In this document: positions 56,201-64,000 of the stretch, in pieces | Layout of the letters: every line of letters begins with the position of its first letter | Position numbering within the stretch: the stretch's first letter is position 1 | Assembly (NCBI RefSeq): GCF_035084215.1 | Contig: NC_090344.1 | Location: 48,856,001 to 48,920,000 of the forward strand | Direction: 5' to 3' | DNA: 64,000 nucleotides | From: Heptranchias perlo | Lineage: Eukaryota | Translations under genes and position numbers: made by a program | Notes under the pieces: model-generated | Seen by the model: only the letters and a program-made list of their open reading frames with translations | Told to the model about the DNA's origin: nothing | Databases searched by the model: none

Positions 56201-59200
56201 GGTGGAAGATGAGGTGAAGCCTGGTATTGGAGAAGGTGAAGTCTTAAGATGAGGAGAAGCCAGGTATTGGAGAAGGTGAAGGTGGAAGATGAGGAGAAGC
56301 CTGGTATTGGAGAAGGTGAAGGTGGAAGATGAGGAGAAGCCAGGTATTGGAGAAGGTGAAGGTGGAAGATGAGGAGAAGCCTGGTATTGGAGACGGTGAA
56401 GGTTTAAGATGAGGAGAAGCCTGGTATTGGAGAAGGTGAAGGTGTAAGATGAGGAGAAGCCTGGTATTGGAGAAGGTGAAGGTGGAAGATGAGGAGAAGC
56501 CAGGTATTGGAGAAGGTGAAGATGTAAGGGTGAGGAGAAGCCTGGTATTGGAGAAGGTGAAGGTGGAAGATGAGGAGAAGCCTGGTATTGGAGAAGGTGA
56601 AGGTGGAAGATGAGGAGAAGTCTGGTATTGGAGAAGGTGAAGGTTTAAGATGAGGAGAAGCCTGGTATTGGAGAAGGTGAAGGTTTAAGATGAGGAGAAG
56701 CCTGGTATTGGAGACGGTGAAGGTGGAAGATGAGGAGAAGCCTGGTATTGGAGAAGGTGAAGGTGGAAGATGAGGAGAAGCCTGGTATTGGAGAAGGTGA
56801 AGGTTTAAGATGAGGAGAAGCCTGGTATTGGAGACGGTGAAGGTTTAAGATGAGGAGAAGCCTGGTATTGGAGAAGGTGAAGGTGGAAGATGAGGAGAAG
56901 CCTGGTATTGGAGAAGGTGAAGGTGGAAGATGAGGAGAAGCCTGGTATTGGAGAAGGTGAAGGTGTAAGATGAGGAGAAGCCTGGTATTGGAGAAGGTGA
57001 AGGTGGAAGATGAGGAGAAGCCTGGTATTGGAGAAGGTGAAGGTTTAAGATGAGGAGAAGCCTGGTATTGGAGACGGTGAAGATGGAAGATGAGGAGAAG
57101 CCTGGTATTGGAGAAGGTGAAGGTGGAAGATGAGGAGAAGCCTGGTATTGGAGAAGGTGAAGGTGGAAGATGAGGAGAAGCCTGGTATTGGAGAAGGTGA
57201 AGGTGGAAGATGAGGAGAAGCCTGGTATTGGAGAAGGTGAAGGTTTATGATGAGGAGAAGCCTGGTATTGGAGAAGGTGAAGGTGGAAGATGAGGAGAAG
57301 CCTGGTATTGGAGAAGGTGAAGGTTTAAGATGAGGAGAAGCCTGGTATTGGAGACGGTGAAGGTGGAAGATGAGGAGAAGCCTGGTATTGGAGAAGGTGA
57401 AGGTTTAAGATGAGGAGAAGCCTGGTATTGGAGACGGTGAAGGTGGAAGATGAGGAGAAGCCTGGTATTGGAGAAGGTGAAGGTGGAAGATGAGGAGAAG
57501 CCTGGTATTGGAGACGGTGAAGGTTTAAGATGAGGAGAAGCCTGGTATTGGAGAAGGTGAAGGTGGAAGATGAGGAGAAGCCTGGTATTGGAGAAGGTGA
57601 AGGCTTAAGATGAGGAGAAGCCAGGTATTGGAGAAGGTGAAGGTTTAAGATGAGGAGAAGCCTGGTATTGGAGAAGGTGAAGGTTTAAGATGAGGAGAAG
57701 CCTGGTATTGGAGACGGTGAAGGTTTAAGATGAGGAGAAGCCTGGTATTGGAGAAGGTGAAGGTGGAAGATGAGGAGAAGCCTGGTATTGGAGAAGGTGA
57801 AGGCTTAAGATGAGGAGAAGCCTGGTATTGGAGAAGGTGAAGGTTTAAGATGAGGAGAAGCCTGGTATTGGAGACGGTGAAGGTTTAAGATGAGGAGAAG
57901 CCTGGTATTGGAGAAGGTGAAGGTGGAAGATGAGGAGAAGCCTGGTATTGGAGAAGGTGAAGGCTTAAGATGAGGAGAAGCCAGGTATTGGAGAAGGTGA
58001 AGGTGGAAGATGAGGAGAAGCCTGGTATTGGAGAAGGTGAAGGTGGAAGATGAGGAGAAGCCAGGTATTGGAGAAGGTGAAGGTGGAAGATGAGGAGAAG
58101 CCTGGTATTGGAGACGGTGAAGGTTTAAGATGAGGAGAAGCCTGGTATTGGAGAAGGTGAAGGTGTAAGATGTAAGATGAGGAGAAGCCTGGTATTGGAG
58201 AAGGTGAAGGTGGAAGATGAGGAGAAGCCAGGTATTGGAGAAGGTGAAGATGTAAGGGTGAGGAGAAGCCTGGTATTGGAGAAGGTGAAGGTGGAAGATG
58301 AGGAGAAGCCTGGTATTGGAGAAGGTGAAGGTGGAAGATGAGGAGAAGTCTGGTATTGGAGAAGGTGAAGGTTTAAGATGAGGAGAAGCCTGGTATTGGA
58401 GAAGGTGAAGGTTTAAGATGAGGAGAAGCCTGGTATTGGAGAAGGTGAAGGTGGAAGATGAGGAGAAGCCTGGTATTGGAGACGGTGAAGGTGGAAGATG
58501 AGGAGAAGCCTGGTATTGGAGAAGGTGAAGATGTAAGGGTGAGGAGAAGCCTGGTATTGGAGACGGTGAAGGTTTAAGATGAGGAGAAGCCTGGTATTGG
58601 AGAAGGTGAAGGTGGAAGATGAGGAGAAGCCTGGTATTGGAGAAGGTGAAGGTTTATGATGAGGAGAAGCCTGGTATTGGAGAAGGTGAAGGTGGAAGAT
58701 GAGGAGAAGCCTGGTATTGGAGAAGGTGAAGGTTTAAGATGAGGAGAAGCCTGGTATTGGAGACGGTGAAGGTGGAAGATGAGGAGAAGCCTGGTATTGG
58801 AGAAGGTGAAGGCTTAAGATGAGGAGAAGCCAGGTATTGGAGAAGGTGAAGGTTTAAGATGAGGAGAAGCCTGGTATTGGAGAAGGTGAAGGTTTAAGAT
58901 GAGGAGAAGCCTGGTATTGGAGACGGTGAAGGTTTAAGATGAGGAGAAGCCTGGTATTGGAGAAGGTGAAGGTTTAAGATGAGGAGAAGCCTGGTATTGG
59001 AGAAGGTGAAGGTTTAAGATGAGGAGAAGCCTGGTATTGGAGAAGGTGAAGGTGGAAGATGAGGAGAAGCCTGGTATTGGAGAAGGTGAAGGTGTAAGAT
59101 GAGGAGAAGCCTGGTATTGGAGAAGGTGAAGGTTTAAGATGAGGAGAAGCCTGGTATTGGAGAAGGTGAAGGTTTAAGATGAGGAGAAGCCTGGTATTGG

Positions 59201-62200
59201 AGAAGGTGAAGGTTTAAGATGAGGAGAAGCCTGGTATTGGAGAAGGTGAAGGTGGAAGATGAGGAGAAGCCTAGTATTGGAGAAGGTGAAGGTTTAAGAT
59301 GAGGAGAAGCCTGGTATTGGAGACGGTGAAGGTTTAAGATGAGGAGAAGCCTGGTATTGGAGAAGGTGAAGGTGGAAGATGAGGTGAAGCCTGGTATTGG
59401 AGAAGGTGAAGGCTTAAGATGAGGAGAAGCCAGGTATTGGAGAAGGTGAAGGTGGAAGATGAGGAGAAGCCTGGTATTGGAGAAGGTGAAGGTGGAAGAT
59501 GAGGAGAAGCCAGGTATTGGAGAAGGTGAAGGTGGAAGATGAGGAGAAGCCTGGTATTGGAGACGGTGAAGGTTTAAGATGAGGAGAAGCCTGGTATTGG
59601 AGAAGGTGAAGGTGTAAGATGAGGAGAAGCCTGGTATTGGAGAAGGTGAAGGTGGAAGATGAGGAGAAGCCAGGTATTGGAGAAGGTGAAGATGTAAGGG
59701 TGAGGAGAAGCCTGGTATTGGAGAAGGTGAAGGTGGAAGATGAGGAGAAGCCTGGTATTGGAGAAGGTGAAGGTGGAAGATGAGGAGAAGTCTGGTATTG
59801 GAGAAGGTGAAGGTTTAAGATGAGGAGAAGCCTGGTATTGGAGAAGGTGAAGGTTTAAGATGAGGAGAAGCCTGGTATTGGAGACGGTGAAGGTGGAAGA
59901 TGAGGAGAAGCCTGGTATTGGAGAAGGTGAAGGTGGAAGATGAGGAGAAGCCTGGTATTGGAGAAGGTGAAGGTTTAAGATGAGGAGAAGCCTGGTATTG
60001 GAGACGGTGAAGGTTTAAGATGAGGAGAAGCCTGGTATTGGAGAAGGTGAAGGTGGAAGATGAGGAGAAGCCTGGTATTGGAGAAGGTGAAGGTGGAAGA
60101 TGAGGAGAAGCCTGGTATTGGAGAAGGTGAAGGTGTAAGATGAGGAGAAGCCTGGTATTGGAGAAGGTGAAGGTGGAAGATGAGGAGAAGCCTGGTATTG
60201 GAGAAGGTGAAGGTTTAAGATGAGGAGAAGCCTGGTATTGGAGACGGTGAAGATGGAAGATGAGGAGAAGCCTGGTATTGGAGAAGGTGAAGGTGGAAGA
60301 TGAGGAGAAGCCTGGTATTGGAGAAGGTGAAGGTGGAAGATGAGGAGAAGCCAGGTATTGGAGAAGGTGAAGGTTTAAGATGAGGAGAAGCCTGGTATTG
60401 GAGAAGGTGAAGGTTTAAGATGAGGAGAAGCCTGGTATTGGAGACGGTGAAGGTTTAAGATGAGGAGAAGCCTGGTATTGGAGAAGGTGAAGGTGGAAGA
60501 TGAGGAGAAGCCTGGTATTGGAGAAGGTGAAGGCTTAAGATGAGGAGAAGCCTGGTATTGGAGAAGGTGAAGGTTTAAGATGAGGAGAAGCCTGGTATTG
60601 GAGACGGTGAAGGTTTAAGATGAGGAGAAGCCTGGTATTGGAGAAGGTGAAGGTGGAAGATGAGGAGAAGCCTGGTATTGGAGAAGGTGAAGGCTTAAGA
60701 TGAGGAGAAGCCAGGTATTGGAGAAGGTGAAGGTGGAAGATGAGGAGAAGCCTGGTATTGGAGAAGGTGAAGGTGGAAGATGAGGAGAAGCCAGGTATTG
60801 GAGAAGGTGAAGGTGGAAGATGAGGAGAAGCCTGGTATTGGAGACGGTGAAGGTTTAAGATGAGGAGAAGCCTGGTATTGGAGAAGGTGAAGGTGTAAGA
60901 TGAGGAGAAGCCTGGTATTGGAGAAGGTGAAGGTGGAAGATGAGGAGAAGCCAGGTATTGGAGAAGGTGAAGATGTAAGGGTGAGGAGAAGCCTGGTATT
61001 GGAGAAGGTGAAGGTGGAAGATGAGGAGAAGCCTGGTATTGGAGAAGGTGAAGGTGGAAGATGAGGAGAAGTCTGGTATTGGAGAAGGTGAAGGTTTAAG
61101 ATGAGGAGAAGCCTGGTATTGGAGAAGGTGAAGGTTTAAGATGAGGAGAAGCCTGGTATTGGAGAAGGTGAAGGTGGAAGATGAGGAGAAGCCTGGTATT
61201 GGAGACGGTGAAGGTGGAAGATGAGGAGAAGCCTGGTATTGGAGAAGGTGAAGATGTAAGGGTGAGGAGAAGCCTGGTATTGGAGACGGTGAAGGTTTAA
61301 GATGAGGAGAAGCCTGGTATTGGAGAAGGTGAAGGTGGAAGATGAGGAGAAGCCTGGTATTGGAGAAGGTGAAGGTTTATGATGAGGAGAAGCCTGGTAT
61401 TGGAGAAGGTGAAGGTGGAAGATGAGGAGAAGCCTGGTATTGGAGAAGGTGAAGGTTTAAGATGAGGAGAAGCCTGGTATTAGAGACGGTGAAGGTGGAA
61501 GATGAGGAGAAGCCTGGTATTGGAGAAGGTGAAGGCTTAAGATGAGGAGAAGCCAGGTATTGGAGAAGGTGAAGGTTTAAGATGAGGAGAAGCCTGGTAT
61601 TGGAGAAGGTGAAGGTTTAAGATGAGGAGAAGCCTGGTATTGGAGACGGTGAAGGTTTAAGATGAGGAGAAGCCTGGTATTGGAGAAGGTGAAGGTTTAA
61701 GATGAGGAGAAGCCTGGTATTGGAGAAGGTGAAGGTTTAAGATGAGGAGAAGCCTGGTATTGGAGAAGGTGAAGGTGGAAGATGAGGAGAAGCCTGGTAT
61801 TGGAGAAGGTGAAGGTGTAAGATGAGGAGAAGCCTGGTATTGGAGAAGGTGAAGGTTTAAGATGAGGAGAAGCCTGGTATTGGAGAAGGTGAAGGTTTAA
61901 GATGAGGAGAAGCCTGGTATTGGAGAAGGTGAAGGTTTAAGATGAGGAGAAGCCTGGTATTGGAGAAGGTGAAGGTGGAAGATGAGGAGAAGCCTAGTAT
62001 TGGAGAAGGTGAAGGTTTAAGATGAGGAGAAGCCTGGTATTGGAGACGGTGAAGGTTTAAGATGAGGAGAAGCCTGGTATTGGAGAAGGTGAAGGTGGAA
62101 GATGAGGTGAAGCCTGGTATTGGAGAAGGTGAAGGCTTAAGATGAGGAGAAGCCAGGTATTGGAGAAGGTGAAGGCTTAAGATGAGGAGAAGCCTGGTAT

Positions 62201-64000
62201 TGGAGAAGGTGAAGGTGGAAGATGAGGAGAAGCCAGGTATTGGAGAAGGTGAAGGTGGAAGATGAGGAGAAGCCTGGTATTGGAGACGGTGAAGGTTTAA
62301 GATGAGGAGAAGCCTGGTATTGGAGAAGGTGAAGGTGTAAGATGAGGAGAAGCCTGGTATTGGAGAAGGTGAAGGTGGAAGATGAGGAGAAGCCAGGTAT
62401 TGGAGAAGGTGAAGATGTAAGGGTGAGGAGAAGCCTGGTATTGGAGAAGGTGAAGGTGGAAGATGAGGAGAAGCCTGGTATTGGAGAAGGTGAAGGTGTA
62501 AGATGAGGAGAAGCCTGGTATTGGAGAAGGTGAAGGTGGAAGATGAGGAGAAGCCTGGTATTGGAGAAGGTGAAGGTTTAAGATGAGGAGAAGCCTGGTA
62601 TTGGAGACGGTGAAGATGGAAGATGAGGAGAAGCCTGGTATTGGAGAAGGTGAAGGTGGAAGATGAGGAGAAGCCTGGTATTGGAGAAGGTGAAGGTGGA
62701 AGATGAGGAGAAGCCTGGTATTGGAGAAGGTGAAGGTGGAAGATGAGGAGAAGCCTGGTATTGGAGAAGGTGAAGGTTTATGATGAGGAGAAGCCTGGTA
62801 TTGGAGAAGGTGAAGGTGGAAGATGAGGAGAAGCCTGGTATTGGAGAAGGTGAAGGTTTAAGATGAGGAGAAGCCTGGTATTGGAGACGGTGAAGGTGGA
62901 AGATGAGGAGAAGCCTGGTATTGGAGAAGGTGAAGGTTTAAGATGAGGAGAAGCCTGGTATTGGAGACGGTGAAGGTGGAAGATGAGGAGAAGCCTGGTA
63001 TTGGAGAAGGTGAAGGTGGAAGATGAGGAGAAGCCTGGTATTGGAGACGGTGAAGGTTTAAGATGAGGAGAAGCCTGGTATTGGAGAAGGTGAAGGTGGA
63101 AGATGAGGAGAAGCCTGGTATTGGAGAAGGTGAAGGCTTAAGATGAGGAGAAGCCAGGTATTGGAGAAGGTGAAGGTTTAAGATGAGGAGAAGCCTGGTA
63201 TTGGAGAAGGTGAAGGTTTAAGATGAGGAGAAGCCTGGTATTGGAGACGGTGAAGGTTTAAGATGAGGAGAAGCCTGGTATTGGAGAAGGTGAAGGTGGA
63301 AGATGAGGAGAAGCCTGGTATTGGAGAAGGTGAAGGCTTAAGATGAGGAGAAGCCTGGTATTGGAGAAGGTGAAGGTTTAAGATGAGGAGAAGCCTGGTA
63401 TTGGAGACGGTGAAGGTTTAAGATGAGGAGAAGCCTGGTATTGGAGAAGGTGAAGGTGGAAGATGAGGAGAAGCCTGGTATTGGAGAAGGTGAAGGCTTA
63501 AGATGAGGAGAAGCCAGGTATTGGAGAAGGTGAAGGTGGAAGATGAGGAGAAGCCTGGTATTGGAGAAGGTGAAGGTGGAAGATGAGGAGAAGCCAGGTA
63601 TTGGAGAAGGTGAAGGTGGAAGATGAGGAGAAGCCTGGTATTGGAGACGGTGAAGGTTTAAGATGAGGAGAAGCCTGGTATTGGAGAAGGTGAAGGTGTA
63701 AGATGAGGAGAAGCCTGGTATTGGAGAAGGTGAAGGTGGAAGATGAGGAGAAGCCAGGTATTGGAGAAGGTGAAGATGTAAGGGTGAGGAGAAGCCTGGT
63801 ATTGGAGAAGGTGAAGGTGGAAGATGAGGAGAAGCCTGGTATTGGAGAAGGTGAAGGTGGAAGATGAGGAGAAGTCTGGTATTGGAGAAGGTGAAGGTTT
63901 AAGATGAGGAGAAGCCTGGTATTGGAGAAGGTGAAGGTTTAAGATGAGGAGAAGCCTGGTATTGGAGAAGGTGAAGGTGGAAGATGAGGAGAAGCCTGGT
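50265..64000. repeat. Purine-rich 40-bp satellite (GATGAGGAGAAGCCTGGTATTGGAGAAGGTGAAGGTGGAA)n, about 340 units, continuing past the window end
   Basis: Directly visible tandem array with a small set of recurring variants. Confidence 0.99.

Noticed and set aside
50265-64000. CRISPR-like array
   Set aside because: No unique spacers, only point variants of one 40-mer; eukaryotic intron and no cas genes.

Overview
Eukaryotic genomic DNA. The repeat families point to a cartilaginous fish (shark). The window holds most of a + strand PSD/EFA6-family ARF6 GEF gene, most like PSD4/EFA6B. I reconstructed 14 phase-consistent GT-AG coding exons between 6618 and 49356: an acidic N-terminus, Sec7, PH and the start of the coiled coil. 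The last coding exon lies beyond the window. The introns are dense with CR1 and L2 LINE fragments (including a nested three-LINE cluster with a young, uninterrupted 768-codon RT frame), Deu-domain SINEs, a PIF/Harbinger relic with a Myb/SANT pseudogene, GC-rich MITE-like repeats and Penelope-like relics. There is a 30-bp GC-rich minisatellite at 8.2-9.3 kb, and a purine-rich 40-bp satellite of more than 13.7 kb with about 3-kb higher-order structure runs to the window end. The most notable signal is a family of tiny non-coding insertions flanked by target-site duplications (TSDs) and carrying a minimal hammerhead ribozyme motif. One copy (22846-23074) is a perfect 92-bp inverted repeat with a ribozyme motif on each strand. 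All calls were made by eye; no database searches or folding programs were run.
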